DNA from: Escherichia coli
Lineage (GTDB): Bacteria; Pseudomonadota; Gammaproteobacteria; Enterobacterales; Enterobacteriaceae
Assembly (NCBI RefSeq): GCF_001677475.2
Contig: NZ_CP012497.1
DNA length: 64,000 bases
Reading direction: 5' to 3' (one strand)
The position numbers were made by a program, and so were the translations under genes. Below the pieces are notes generated by a model. That model was not told where the DNA came from and did not search any database. It saw only the letters and a program-made list of their open reading frames with translations. This document shows, piece after piece, positions 52,489-62,815 of the stretch (position 1 is the first letter of the stretch; each line of letters starts with the position of its first letter).

Positions 52489-53973
52489 TCATTCATTAAG
52501 CCATGCCAGAGCTTCATCAACCTGCGCTTCGTCTTCGACGCTAAGCACTTCATCCTGGGGAACATAATCCGCCAGCATAGCGAAACAATATGTATCCCAA
52601 TGGTCTGGTGAGTGCAGGTTGAGTTTTTTCTTCATATCCTCCTTACTCATCACCTTCCATTGACCTGCGGAGTTAATCCCTACAGGGATTTTCGACGCTT
52701 CCTCAATAGTTTCATTACCCTTATCCAGTCTCATACGACCAGATTTTACGGCCTCTGCGGCTTGAACGTTGGCATAAGCACGTTTATCAAAGTACAGGCT
52801 CTTATCTTCACGGCTATGCATCTTTTTACCCCAGCGTATACGCTGTACGGTAATACCATAATACTCGTACATCAGATCCGCCGTTGCTTTACCCAGGCCA
52901 TCGCCGTCTATCGCTATGGTGATATTGGGGAATCGCTCAGGATTACATTCTGCGAAAATTTTGGCAGCAAGCTGCGTTTCTGTAACGTCTGTGTATTCCA
53001 GCATTCGATAGTTGATTACACGGCGTTTATTTCGCTGGCCGGACACCATCATGATATTGATAACGGACTTATCCCGTCCCGTACCACCAGCAACGTCCAC
53101 ACATGCAAGCCAGCCCCATCCTTTGGCAATCTTGACTTTCCGCCGCGTTGCACGTTCAACCTCATCACGTCCAAGAAGGAAGCCATCCTGTGATTTAGGG
53201 AATAGGCCGCGTACCTTAATCATGTACATAGGGTTATCACGCCCGCCGTACTCCGCCAGCTTCATTTTGATAAATGCTGGCGTTACCAGCGGTGATTCCT
53301 CACTGTTAAGCGTGATCGCCGTATAAACGCCATCAGGGTTACCAGGACGCTTGGCCAGTTTATGGTGAGTATCGTAGAAATAGCCGCTTGGGCGTGTAGG
53401 CTGTGACAGCAATAAGATGCGGTTATCCTGTCCGGTAAGAGCACCGGTGATGATACCGAAAGCTCTATCACTGACACCGGAGGCTTCATCGATAATATAC
53501 AGAAGATGGTCTGCGTGTTCACCAGCGAGAGCTTCTTCACTTCCCAGACGAAAGCCCTTCGGTACTACAGTCCATACACCTTTACCAGTAACCTCATAGA
53601 AAGCGGTTTCTGTCAGAACAAAATAATCAGCAAGCCATGGAAAACGGCTGGTGGCCGTAGCCCAGTTTATCTTGATGTACTTGAATATACCGGTCATTAC
53701 CTGCTGAATTTTGTTCGCAACGATAATGGCGCGGGCACCGGGATACATGATTATGAACAACATGATCATGATAGAAGTCATGTCTGATTTCCCGGTACCG
53801 TGACCAGACGAAACAGATGTCTTGCTACCCTGTTCCTGCACAGACTCAATAATCAGATCCTGCTGCCAGGTAGGTGTTTTGCCGAACAAAACATCTGCCG
53901 CCGCAATCCAGTCATAACGATATAGCGCCACCAGCTCGCGCCAACGCGGATCCGTTACGCAACTTCTGGCCAT
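52489..53973 (-). CDS. pacB: Terminase large subunit PacB
   Basis: 494 aa; Walker A HGTGKSD, Walker B IIDEAS, C-terminal nuclease-like domain. Confidence 0.9.
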   Translation of the reverse strand: MARSCVTDPRWRELVALYRYDWIAAADVLFGKTPTWQQDLIIESVQEQGSKTSVSSGHGTGKSDMTSIMIMLFIIMYPGARAIIVANKIQQVMTGIFKYIKINWATATSRFPWLADYFVLTETAFYEVTGKGVWTVVPKGFRLGSEEALAGEHADHLLYIIDEASGVSDRAFGIITGALTGQDNRILLLSQPTRPSGYFYDTHHKLAKRPGNPDGVYTAITLNSEESPLVTPAFIKMKLAEYGGRDNPMYMIKVRGLFPKSQDGFLLGRDEVERATRRKVKIAKGWGWLACVDVAGGTGRDKSVINIMMVSGQRNKRRVINYRMLEYTDVTETQLAAKIFAECNPERFPNITIAIDGDGLGKATADLMYEYYGITVQRIRWGKKMHSREDKSLYFDKRAYANVQAAEAVKSGRMRLDKGNETIEEASKIPVGINSAGQWKVMSKEDMKKKLNLHSPDHWDTYCFAMLADYVPQDEVLSVEDEAQVDEALAWLNE

Positions 53974-55166
53974 TAATCATCATCCCCGTATAGCTTGCGG
54001 GTAACTTCTTCGTCTTCCTCCTCGTCTTCGTCCAGGTCTTGTTCCAGCCATGGTTCGTTTGATACACCTTCAGTATCAACATCTCCATAACCGCCTGTAT
54101 CAACGATATCGGCGATTTCTTCCCTACGTTGCTCAATCCACAATGCGGCATCGGCGCGGCGGTTGGCGGCCCGTTCTCGCGCAACTTTGTCCAGATCTTC
54201 AAGAGAAGGGCCACCGACGGCAGTTTGCCTTTCCTCATCATCGGTATTGGTCTTAGGAGCACGCAGATCGGCTTTGATTTGCTCCAGCATCAGGGGCGGC
54301 ACTTTCCCACCATGCGCCTCGATGAATTCAGCTGCTTCCAGCACTGACCAGTTATTTTCACGCTTTCGTTCGTATGCCAGCTTAACAATGCCAGCTTGCC
54401 CCATAGATAAAGCGTGCTTTTCCGCCTCCCGGCTTTCTTTTCGATAGTTATTCCGGATGCTGTAAATGGTGTTGATCAGACTGCTTATCTGCGCGGAACA
54501 GCTGTTTAGCATGCTCGCGATACGGTATTCAGGCGGAGTACCTTCATCATCGTCTTTTTGCTGATCGCGCATTTCCTGCACCAGGCGAATACACGTATCC
54601 CTGGCGTTCTCCAGCATAATGAGATGAGAAAGAGACTTTTCCAGAAGAGTGGTTTCCAGAACATCGGCCCCGGACCGACGCAACATAGCGCGCGCGGCCT
54701 TCCGCGCTTCAACGTTATCTATCAGGTAATCGCCAGCTTCGAATTCAAAGCGTTCACCATCATCATCCAGGGTGTCGCGTTCCAGGCGATCACGTAAGGT
54801 CCGGTGGGCACGGGTGATCACGTCATGATCATCAGAACGATCATTTATGCGCTTATTTTGGCGCTTCGCATTCTCGACTGCGGCACTGACAACGGCATTA
54901 ACTCTTTGTTTTTTCGCTATTCCAGCCGCAATGTGATCACCTGCATGTTGATCATTAGAGTGATCAATGATCATGCTTTTTAGTGGCTTCCTGACTGGCT
55001 TATTTGGCTTGCGGCTGTCCGCTGTCCTGGTGTCTTCTTTGAAGGCACGGAGATAACGACGTGCGGTATTAGGGTTAAGATTAAACTCGGCGGCATACTG
55101 TGCGATGGTGTAACCACCATCTCGCGCCAGGCGAGCAAAATTCTTCTTGTGATCGTCCCAGGTCAC
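53973..55166 (-). CDS. pacA: Terminase small subunit PacA (contains pac site)
   Basis: 397 aa, acidic C-terminus; hexamer repeats inside the 5' third of the gene. Confidence 0.9.
   Translation of the reverse strand: MTWDDHKKNFARLARDGGYTIAQYAAEFNLNPNTARRYLRAFKEDTRTADSRKPNKPVRKPLKSMIIDHSNDQHAGDHIAAGIAKKQRVNAVVSAAVENAKRQNKRINDRSDDHDVITRAHRTLRDRLERDTLDDDGERFEFEAGDYLIDNVEARKAARAMLRRSGADVLETTLLEKSLSHLIMLENARDTCIRLVQEMRDQQKDDDEGTPPEYRIASMLNSCSAQISSLINTIYSIRNNYRKESREAEKHALSMGQAGIVKLAYERKRENNWSVLEAAEFIEAHGGKVPPLMLEQIKADLRAPKTNTDDEERQTAVGGPSLEDLDKVARERAANRRADAALWIEQRREEIADIVDTGGYGDVDTEGVSNEPWLEQDLDEDEEEDEEVTRKLYGDDD
54787..54975. other. pac packaging site (two clusters of TGATCA/G / GATC hexamers)
   Basis: GATC hexamers at 54787, 54815, 54826, 54838 and TGATCA at 54934, 54949, 54961, 54968, separated by about 90 bp. 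Confidence 0.75.
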
Positions 55167-55251
55167 TTATGCTTCCTTTCGTAAAAACTCTTTTTGACGC
55201 GAGGGTAACGAAAGTCACATGTCAAAAGGCCCGGAACGGGCAAGCAATCAA

Positions 55252-55704
55252 TCAGATACGTGCGGATGTGGCATTACCGTAATGACGGTGCTGACGGGCC
55301 ACCTTATTGAAAAGTTGACGCGCCATTACCCAAGGCTGGTGCTCCCGGCGTTCCTTTTCGTCCTGCGTCATATAGAGTTCGTTCTGGAGTTTTTCATCAA
55401 ACCGGCGCGGCGCGCGGCTGCGGCGAAAGAATTCAGGATTCAGAGAGTGGATCTGAAATCTACGTGGGCGTGTACTGTCATCAATCAAAACAGACGAATA
55501 CTTAGACACAGCGATAGCCTTTAAGCGCAGATAAACGTCGCGCTTATCGACATCCAGATGCGGGTATTCCTTTTCAAGGATTGCTGCGAGTTCTTTCGCT
55601 GATAGAAGAGATTTAGTGCGGATCATGTAATCCGCAATCTCATACGATGTTATTCGTGAGTGATTTATTTCCATGAAGTGGCGTCCCTGCCAGTTAAGTA
55701 ACAT
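55252..55704 (-). CDS. lpa: Lpa-like late promoter activator (by size and position)
   Basis: 150 aa directly upstream of pacA; preceded by a C1 operator. Confidence 0.55.
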   Translation of the reverse strand: MLLNWQGRHFMEINHSRITSYEIADYMIRTKSLLSAKELAAILEKEYPHLDVDKRDVYLRLKAIAVSKYSSVLIDDSTRPRRFQIHSLNPEFFRRSRAPRRFDEKLQNELYMTQDEKERREHQPWVMARQLFNKVARQHRHYGNATSARI

Positions 55705-55776
55705 CCTGTCACCTACTGATTAGCCCATGTCAACTAATCAACGTGCAATATAATACACTAGATTAAAGAAATATCA

Positions 55777-55791
55777 ATGCATTAGAGCAAT
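55777..55791. promoter_or_regulatory. C1 operator-like site upstream of lpa
   Basis: Reverse complement ATTGCTCTAATGCAT. Confidence 0.45.
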
Positions 55792-55792
55792 T

Positions 55793-56836
55793 TTATCTAA
55801 CACACGACGAATGACTTGTGATAGCGCCGACTCCAAGCGCGTAATCAAAGAACAATCGTTGATGCATCGCCAGCCTGCCGTGCGTTTTCTCCCAATTATC
55901 GCGGTCACGCTCAATATCACGCTGGCATGACTGGCACAGAGGAATTGCGTAAATGTCATGCGCGCATAATCGACTATGACGAACGATATAAGGCGTAATG
56001 TGAGCGCCAGCTCTCGCAGCTCCACAGCCACAGCATGGACGGGAAGCCACAAAGTCCATGTACTCGGGCAATTTTAGCGATTGAAGTTTTGGTATTTTGA
56101 AATGCGCCATACCTGGGTCGGAGTCAACATCCACAGGGCATACTTTTGCACGCATCGGCGCGGCGCGTTCTTCCATCATCTGAACATATGCTGTAGCGCG
56201 ATCGTCATACGGGCGAATATCCGCCTCTTTCAGAGGTCCGCTATCCTGCGTTGCAGCTTTCATCTTATTTATTGATATACGGCAGACTTCTTCCGGCATC
56301 AGGTGCATCATGTTGCGCATGAAAGCCCACCAGCACAGTTCCTGAATACTTAAATCATGGCCATCTGAAAGCCCCATTTCCTGACGGGCGACATCCAGCA
56401 TCCAGTTAACGCGATTATTATGCAGCGTTTCTTTCAGCTCATTAAAACCACGCATCCGGTAATGGTTATCGTGATGCCAGCACAACAACACCGCGCTATT
56501 GTCTCGTTCAGCGTGGACAATATGGTTGTCACACCAACTACGATCTGCGGCCTGGCATCGCCCCTCTTTCCTGCGCAACCACGCCACCAGCGCGTCAATT
56601 CCACCAATACGGCGAAACAGTTCATCGCTGTTAAAAAACGGCTGCAACGCCTCATTTGTTGCCATGGTTTGCTCGGAAACAACGAGGCCGTCGTCCATGT
56701 GCTCGATTAACTCACGCGGCACCGGCTCCATAATAAATTTACGGCCAGCCTCCACCAGCTTTCTGACTTCCTGATCCACTTTGAATGTGGCGAGGCCAAG
56801 CTCTTTTTGTACAAAGGGAGTAATTACGGCTTTCAC
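55793..56836 (-). CDS. Cys/His-rich hypothetical protein (pdcB position)
   Basis: 347-aa ORF with several Cys/His clusters. Confidence 0.4.
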   Translation of the reverse strand: MKAVITPFVQKELGLATFKVDQEVRKLVEAGRKFIMEPVPRELIEHMDDGLVVSEQTMATNEALQPFFNSDELFRRIGGIDALVAWLRRKEGRCQAADRSWCDNHIVHAERDNSAVLLCWHHDNHYRMRGFNELKETLHNNRVNWMLDVARQEMGLSDGHDLSIQELCWWAFMRNMMHLMPEEVCRISINKMKAATQDSGPLKEADIRPYDDRATAYVQMMEERAAPMRAKVCPVDVDSDPGMAHFKIPKLQSLKLPEYMDFVASRPCCGCGAARAGAHITPYIVRHSRLCAHDIYAIPLCQSCQRDIERDRDNWEKTHGRLAMHQRLFFDYALGVGAITSHSSCVR

Positions 56837-56863
56837 ATCACACCTTTAATCACTGATTGGGCT

Positions 56864-57064
56864 TTATCTGCTGCCCGGCATTTTCTGTTTAAGCACAACC
56901 ATTTCCTGACGGCATAACACAGCAATAGCGGTCCTGGCACCAATTTGCTTACCAACCAGGTATTGCTTTACCTCGCGGCGACTCACGCCATCAAGAAGCA
57001 TCTTTAACGCTCTACGGGACAATTTGTTGTATTTACGTGCCATTAATCTACTCCGCAGAACCAT
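56864..57064 (-). CDS. Small basic hypothetical protein (pdcA position)
   Basis: 66-aa ORF overlapping the doc 3' end. Confidence 0.3.
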
Positions 57065-57428
57065 ACAATCTACGTAACGTGGCGGCGACAGTAGATACAG
57101 ATATCTCTCCGGTCGCAGCCCCTACGGTAAGGTCTGCCAGTTCTGGTGAATCAAATACCTGCACCCCGTTACGGCGTAGAAATAGCAGCGCACTGTTTAG
57201 CGCGGTACGCTTATTGGCATCATTGAATATATGCCCTCTCGCAGTAGCCACCAGGTAGGTGGCGGAGACTTCGAAAAGGTCGGTGATCTCTTCGTAGGCA
57301 ACTCTGGCCTGAACTCTCCCGATAATGGCCTCTGCCCTACCCGGATCTGACATTCCCGGCAGGCCGCCGTAGCGGCTTATATTCGCATCATGAAGCGCAA
57401 TAAGTTCTTCCGGTGATATATGCCTCAT
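57048..57428 (-). CDS. doc: Doc toxin (Fic-fold)
   Basis: 126 aa, [25 protein letters not shown]... Confidence 0.9.
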
Positions 57429-57649
57429 TATCGGTTTACCAGTTCCTTGTTGGTGGAGTCCAGGGTGTCAAACAGGGATGCAAATTCGGCATCCAGCGCC
57501 GCTTTTTTGTAGGCTTCGAAAGTAGCCTTGCTGACAATTACTGCTGGCTCACGGCCTCTGCGAGTGATTTCAACCTCTTCCCCGGCTTCAACATTGTTGA
57601 GCACTTCAGAAAGGTTGCCGCGCGCGGTACGGAAGTTAATGGATTGCAT
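57428..57649 (-). CDS. phd: Phd antitoxin
   Basis: 73 aa, [41 protein letters not shown]...; the ORF-track start is 2 codons upstream. Confidence 0.9.
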
Positions 57650-57721
57650 AAACACCTCGTGTACTCGTTATGTGTACACAATTATAAACTTCACAGGCAT
57701 AAAGCACCAGCACTTTGCAGC

Positions 57722-58111
57722 TTAAATCACCGGACAATCATCAAATTCCCCACTTCGGGCATCATTAATGACATGAGTGATCACACCAAAAACAGCATTA
57801 CTACCCGTGTAACCATCGTCATCTACTGGTAACGCCTCTTTCTTCCCGGTGCTTAAATCCTCAAGGTGCTGACGCGGATACTTTCGGTATCTCTTTATGC
57901 GATATTCACCCTCCATAGCGCAGACAAGCAGCGAACCATCAACTGGAGTAAGCGAAGAATCAACCACCAGCAAAGCACCCTGCAATATTCCCTCACGGTG
58001 ATGACTATCAGCTGCCCTCATGAAGTAGGTCGCTGAAGGATGTCTAATTATCTGCTGATCAAGAGAAATACGGCTCTCAGCATAATCCGCCGCAGGAGAA
58101 GGGAAGCCCAT
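57722..58111 (-). CDS. humD: HumD (UmuD'-like S24 peptidase domain)
   Basis: 129 aa, S24 LexA/UmuD-like C-terminal domain. Confidence 0.8.
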   Translation of the reverse strand: MGFPSPAADYAESRISLDQQIIRHPSATYFMRAADSHHREGILQGALLVVDSSLTPVDGSLLVCAMEGEYRIKRYRKYPRQHLEDLSTGKKEALPVDDDGYTGSNAVFGVITHVINDARSGEFDDCPVI

Positions 58112-58127
58112 AATACTCGCCTCTTAA

Positions 58128-58147
58128 TACTGTATATACATACGGTA
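58128..58147. promoter_or_regulatory. LexA (SOS) box upstream of humD
   Basis: TACTGTATATACATACGGTA vs consensus TACTG(TA)5CAGTA. Confidence 0.5.
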
Positions 58148-58442
58148 TATGTTGAAGCTATATATTTTTGAACTCTATCTCTTAAAAAAGATGTTAATAA
58201 GATGCTAACTATTGAAAGGCATAAATATATACAATTCCAACAAACGTTATTTTTAACAAATTTTTTCTCTCCGTTGACTTTTGCGAAAGCCTTGTCTGGC
58301 CTAAATTGCGCGGAAGCTACTTTTTCCTTCCTGAGTTATCCACAGAGTTATGCACTTGCATGTATAACCTATACACACTATCTTAATTCGCAAGACACTG
58401 ATGTTGCGGTATTGAAGGTTCATTGGGTTAAAAATAGACATT

Positions 58443-58473
58443 AAAAAGCCCAGTTGACTAGGCTGGGCTTTTT
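58443..58473. terminator. Rho-independent terminator-like hairpin (A-run / T-run flanked)
   Basis: AAAAAGCCCAG-TTGACTA-GGCTGGGCTTTTT. Confidence 0.5.
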
Positions 58474-58773
58474 AAGAGGAAACAGAGTTTGCGGCTCTGT
58501 TCCTGAGCCATAAGTATCTGGCGACTGAATTAAGATTAACCGAATGTACTGGATTCATCAAGAAACGTTGAGTGGTCATACCAGGTAATAATGACCATTT
58601 ACTAAACATCGTTGTTCTCAAAGAAGATTTAAGTCCAGGTTTTTGGTGACTCTAAAACCTTACCTTAACTCGAAATCGTGCCGTAAGTATCTGGCGACTA
58701 CAGATATTGCAACTGCAAAGGCAAGCCCAAAGGTATTTGCAGCTAGGCGCGATAAAACTAAGTGAGACCTGTT

Positions 58774-58857
58774 ATGGTTAACTTACTGTTCAAAATCGTG
58801 CCGCCGATGTTCGCGATTATCAAAGCGATCATTGAGTACGTAAACCAGCGTCCATAA
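58774..58857 (+). CDS. Candidate 27-aa hydrophobic peptide
   Basis: ATG...TAA encoding MVNLLFKIVPPMFAIIKAIIEYVNQRP, followed by a hairpin at 58871-58897; weak SD. Confidence 0.2.
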   Translation: MVNLLFKIVPPMFAIIKAIIEYVNQRP

Positions 58858-58912
58858 CGCTAGTTGCTACAGGCCCCATCAAGAGCATGGGGCCTCTTTA
58901 TCGTACTATTGC

Positions 58913-59578
58913 TTATTTTTTACGGACTGAGTTGTTCACTGCTCTGGCAATCTTCTCCCGCAATTGCTGCGTTCCGTGGTACTGAACCGCAATATCCCTC
59001 AACTCGTTCACCAGTTCTCGAATCTGGTGATCTTTAAGCTCATTATTTGGGTGATTGGTAACAACTCTGGTTAATTCACCCTTGTCTTTTGCTCTTACGT
59101 ATGCAGCTCTTGTGCATTCGACCCATGTATTACCGCCTACATTAACTTCGTAGATTAGGCTGGACTTATCTGTCAATTCGGAACAAATACGGGCCGTGGT
59201 CTGGCAACTAGAGCATTCGCAGTTATCGCGGAAACCGTGGTCTACTGGCTTCGGTTTCACATCATCAACTTTTTCTACCCTATTGGAATTTAAATACTTC
59301 GAAGCCTTGCTATGCCAATCGCTTGTTTTAGGATCTTGTCCATCCATCAAACGCCAGGCTTCAGCGATTAACTCATAACTAGTGACTGTAGCTTCCTGCG
59401 CATCACCAACAAGCCGTGTAATCTCTCTTTCAAGCCGACCGCCTAGCTCTGTTTTAGTGCAATGTTCTGACCAATCGCCAGCCTCAAGCAGCGCGAGAAT
59501 GCTTAAAATATCGTCCAATAGAACGGTAGTATTATCGACTTCCTTCTGAAACTCACCGGCTACTGATTTATGCATCAT
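58913..59578 (-). CDS. Hypothetical late protein
   Basis: 221-aa ORF in the minus-strand late operon. Confidence 0.4.
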   Translation of the reverse strand: MMHKSVAGEFQKEVDNTTVLLDDILSILALLEAGDWSEHCTKTELGGRLEREITRLVGDAQEATVTSYELIAEAWRLMDGQDPKTSDWHSKASKYLNSNRVEKVDDVKPKPVDHGFRDNCECSSCQTTARICSELTDKSSLIYEVNVGGNTWVECTRAAYVRAKDKGELTRVVTNHPNNELKDHQIRELVNELRDIAVQYHGTQQLREKIARAVNNSVRKK

Positions 59579-59781
59579 TCGTCATCCTCATCACAGGATG
59601 AGAGTAGTGGGTTAGTCATTCGCCCTACTTGAGTGGCGTAGCCACGCCGACAGAGATTGCGCAGCACACTGTATATTTCGAACATCTCGGTTCGTTCATC
59701 GCCAACATCAAGCTCAGATGCTATAGCGTGGCATTCAGTCGCGAGAGCCGATATTTTCTGAAATAACTCTGCTTTATTCAC
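59575..59781 (-). CDS. Hypothetical small acidic protein
   Basis: 68 aa, 4-bp overlap with the downstream gene. Confidence 0.3.
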   Translation of the reverse strand: MNKAELFQKISALATECHAIASELDVGDERTEMFEIYSVLRNLCRRGYATQVGRMTNPLLSSCDEDDE

Positions 59782-60046
59782 TCTTCGACTCCTGTGGCGG
59801 TTCTGGTAGTGGCATCCAGTGAGTTAGTTTCGATGCTGATTCTTCCCCATCGTCAGTGACTGCCCACCATTTGTTTCTCGACCAATCGTAATACCTTTCG
59901 AAGGTATCGCACTCAGTCCAGCCGTAAGACTTATCCATAAAAATGAAATGGACGCTAGCGCCAGCTTTTCGCTGTGCTTCCATCAGATGAACGAGATAAG
60001 CCGATGTTCGTCCACCTGAAAAGCTGACGACTTGATGCATACTCAC
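59774..60046 (-). CDS. PP-loop ATPase-like N-terminal fragment
   Basis: 90 aa with VVSFSGGRTSAYL (PP-loop motif) but too short for a complete PAPS-reductase/QueC-type enzyme. Confidence 0.35.
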   Translation of the reverse strand: MSMHQVVSFSGGRTSAYLVHLMEAQRKAGASVHFIFMDKSYGWTECDTFERYYDWSRNKWWAVTDDGEESASKLTHWMPLPEPPQESKSE

Positions 60047-60049
60047 GGT

Positions 60050-60778
60050 TTATTCCTGAATGCGCTTAAACTCGATTACCCACACCCAGGGATTAGCGTT
60101 CCAGCTTTCTTCGCCGTAGATGGACTCCCACAGACGCTGGAACGCAACCTTGGCCATTGCGAAGTCCCCATTGGGAGTAAGGAATGTTCCCGGGTAATCA
60201 GGAAGTAAACTTCCAGCAGGCGGAACGCCCTCAGCCCCTGCATCGCATTCGCTGATATCGTTCAACCGCTCAACGCGCACGTTGGTAATTTCCAACAGAA
60301 TGCGTGATGCCCATCGCGGCATGTGAATTGATGGACGCCACCCACCATCAAACTTTTCATTCACAGTGTGAGGTTTCCAGTCGGCATCATCGGGTATCGA
60401 CCATAAGCCGTAATCACCAGGCTTTTGCTCACAACTGGCCCGATAAATCCTTGCTGCGTTCTTCTCATCGCCACGACAAGGGTTGTCGTTCCAGTCCACA
60501 CTGCAACCATCCTCATTGCCTAATATCGCCCATGTTTCACGAACCCAAATTCGATCGCCGACGATACCAAAGGGGCAATTGAAAACACTGCTTACACCAT
60601 CAGCCCCGTACCACTGAAAACCTGCACCAATTTTTCTAACCATCACTGGTGCTTCTGGACCAACTTCCGCAGGCTGATTTTTCATTATCCGCCGCGTCTG
60701 CGTTTTCCTTCCTTCGAGGATGGCCCGGACCATCTCATCGTTGAAAATCATGCCGCGCTCTTTCACTTCGCCTTTCAT
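60050..60778 (-). CDS. Hypothetical protein
   Basis: 242-aa ORF with 4-bp overlap to the downstream gene. Confidence 0.4.
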   Translation of the reverse strand: MKGEVKERGMIFNDEMVRAILEGRKTQTRRIMKNQPAEVGPEAPVMVRKIGAGFQWYGADGVSSVFNCPFGIVGDRIWVRETWAILGNEDGCSVDWNDNPCRGDEKNAARIYRASCEQKPGDYGLWSIPDDADWKPHTVNEKFDGGWRPSIHMPRWASRILLEITNVRVERLNDISECDAGAEGVPPAGSLLPDYPGTFLTPNGDFAMAKVAFQRLWESIYGEESWNANPWVWVIEFKRIQE

Positions 60779-60787
60779 GCATCCCCC

Positions 60788-60874
60788 TTACCCATGCGCG
60801 ACGATGCCGCCAAAAGTGATAGAGAACAGCCAGAAATAGATCGCGGCCATAATGATTTTGAATGCCGTGTTCAT
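60788..60874 (-). CDS. Candidate 28-aa hydrophobic peptide
   Basis: MNTAFKIIMAAIYFWLFSITFGGIVAHG with SD AGGAG 8 nt upstream, 9 nt before the next gene start. Confidence 0.3.
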   Translation of the reverse strand: MNTAFKIIMAAIYFWLFSITFGGIVAHG

Positions 60875-60958
60875 ATTTTCAGCTCCTGTGATTGATTGGA
60901 TACATGCCGCGCCTTGCGGCATGTTTTTATTTTCACTTTCTCTGTTTTAAAAATCAAC

Positions 60959-60973
60959 ATTTATTAGAGCAAT
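60959..60973. promoter_or_regulatory. C1 operator
   Basis: Reverse complement ATTGCTCTAATAAAT, exact consensus core. Confidence 0.55.
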
Positions 60974-61479
60974 TATTGTTGATGAAGAAGCGCATTTTCA
61001 TACTCCCTAACCATTAATGTAAGTACGCCGTGACTCCTGAAAACACGCGCCACTTCAATCTTATCTTCCAGCGCGAACGCAATTTTACTTAGACCAATTT
61101 TCTTCAGGAGATCAATCTTTGCTGGACCGTCATTTCTGTCATCGGTGGCAGGACGCATAGATAGCAAAGGCTCATCCCCGTTTGTTACGTACTTTCGCAG
61201 CCAGGCTCGTGTTTTATCCCTTGCGATCTCACAGCGCCCGGTTACAAACCAGACCGTGTAAATGCTGGATAACTGGCGCACCATATCAATAACTGGAGTA
61301 ATGGGAGCATCAGTTTCACAGGCAAGGTTAAACTCGTTCCAGTGCTCTGTTAATGCACCTTTACCTGGTGGTGGAAGTAAATGCAGCCTGTCTTCCGTTG
61401 CCTCTGATATCGTCCCATCAATATCTACTATGACGATGTACGGACGTTCCTGGTGTGCGTGTTTATTGAAAATACTCAA
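60973..61479 (-). CDS. pap: HAD-family phosphatase (Pap-like)
   Basis: 168 aa, HAD motif I VIVDIDGTIS. Confidence 0.55.
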   Translation of the reverse strand: MSIFNKHAHQERPYIVIVDIDGTISEATEDRLHLLPPPGKGALTEHWNEFNLACETDAPITPVIDMVRQLSSIYTVWFVTGRCEIARDKTRAWLRKYVTNGDEPLLSMRPATDDRNDGPAKIDLLKKIGLSKIAFALEDKIEVARVFRSHGVLTLMVREYENALLHQQ

Positions 61480-61551
61480 ATGCCCTCCTCATTGGACGAA
61501 AAAAATGCTGGTGGGCGCACTCCACCAGCATTAAAAGTGACACTGTAACTA

Positions 61552-62814
61552 TCAGCGAACGTAAATAGTGCCGCCGTTCTCTTTTTCCCATGCATCGCTA
61601 CGTGCATAGCAAACATCGAGAAGTCTTCTTGCCGCAGTTTCCTCTAAACCCAATTCGACAACCAACTGCTCATGACGGCGGGTAACCACATCAAACAGGG
61701 TATGCAGTCCTTTAGTTGCCAGATCATCAATGAATTCCGGTTCGAACGGCAGCTCTGCATCTGCCAACATAACCTCTTGCGCCCACTCAACTCGACGGAC
61801 CAGTTCCGGGCGGCGGCTTTCCATCTCTTTACAGATCAATTCATGGAAGAACTCTACCCAACCTTCCGGCTGGAACTCGCGGAAAATTGCCAACGGCTGG
61901 AAGTTTGGCATCAACCATTCGTTGATTCGGATATCAATGGCATAGCCCATGTCGCAGCAGAACTGATAAGCAAAGTCCAGCTTAGAAACGATATAAGGAC
62001 GCTCGTTATTGAACTCTTTAGGCGATGAGATCCCATAAGCCAGGAGGCGCGGGAAGAAGGAGATTTGCCCTAACGTCGGATGAAGTTTGCTTGCAGGGAA
62101 ACGGCGCTCAGTAATGCCATACATTTCCTTCTTGAGCGTCGCAAATTTGGCATTCTCATTAACCAGCGCGGTAACCTCTGCTTTTTTATTAGCAAATGCC
62201 ACGCGCGCCTCACTTGCATCTTTAATAGTCTTTTTGAGCTGTTGGTTAAGGTCGGCGACCTGCTTACGCAGTTCCTGTCGCTCACTTTTGGCTTTGTTAT
62301 AGCGTTTCTCAAGGTTAAAAGGATCAAGTTTCATGATCTCTTTATATTGAGATTTTAGCGTTGAAATCTGTGAGTTCCGCAGTTCAACCATCGCTGTCAT
62401 TTCATTGAGTTTTGTTTCCAGCTCAATGCTTATACGTTCGGCATTATCAGCACGCAGGTTGGCGTCATGCGTCGCATCGTCGATCGCATCCTGTTGCTGG
62501 CGTTTCAAATGTTCAATTTGCAGATGAAGCTCTTCAATTTCTTTACCCTTCAGGCCGAGATCCAACTGCATATTTTCGGCTTCATCTACCAGGGAGTTAT
62601 GGCTATCAGCTTCTGCGTTATAAACATCAATAAGCTGTGCGTGAAGCATCTCCGCTGACTGAACCGCATTATCAAAAAAACGCGCTGTGAGGTCATCACA
62701 ACTAACGCGGCGTTGCGCGGCTCGGATGTTCTGGATAATGGCCGGGATACCGGCATTCAGGACGTCAGGGATAGATACATTTTCGATTGATTGGTTTTGT
62801 GCTGAAGTGCTCAT
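61552..62814 (-). CDS. Hypothetical coiled-coil protein
   Basis: 420 aa with a long coiled-coil segment. Confidence 0.4.
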   Translation of the reverse strand: MSTSAQNQSIENVSIPDVLNAGIPAIIQNIRAAQRRVSCDDLTARFFDNAVQSAEMLHAQLIDVYNAEADSHNSLVDEAENMQLDLGLKGKEIEELHLQIEHLKRQQQDAIDDATHDANLRADNAERISIELETKLNEMTAMVELRNSQISTLKSQYKEIMKLDPFNLEKRYNKAKSERQELRKQVADLNQQLKKTIKDASEARVAFANKKAEVTALVNENAKFATLKKEMYGITERRFPASKLHPTLGQISFFPRLLAYGISSPKEFNNERPYIVSKLDFAYQFCCDMGYAIDIRINEWLMPNFQPLAIFREFQPEGWVEFFHELICKEMESRRPELVRRVEWAQEVMLADAELPFEPEFIDDLATKGLHTLFDVVTRRHEQLVVELGLEETAARRLLDVCYARSDAWEKENGGTIYVR

Positions 62815-62815
62815 T

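Noticed and set aside
50817-52492. ORF-track starts for ant (51968) and the 187-aa ORF 51929-52492
   Set aside because: The strong SD and ATGA coupling indicate a 73-aa icd-like ORF starting at 52150 and ant starting at 51932; the longer frames are upstream read-through.
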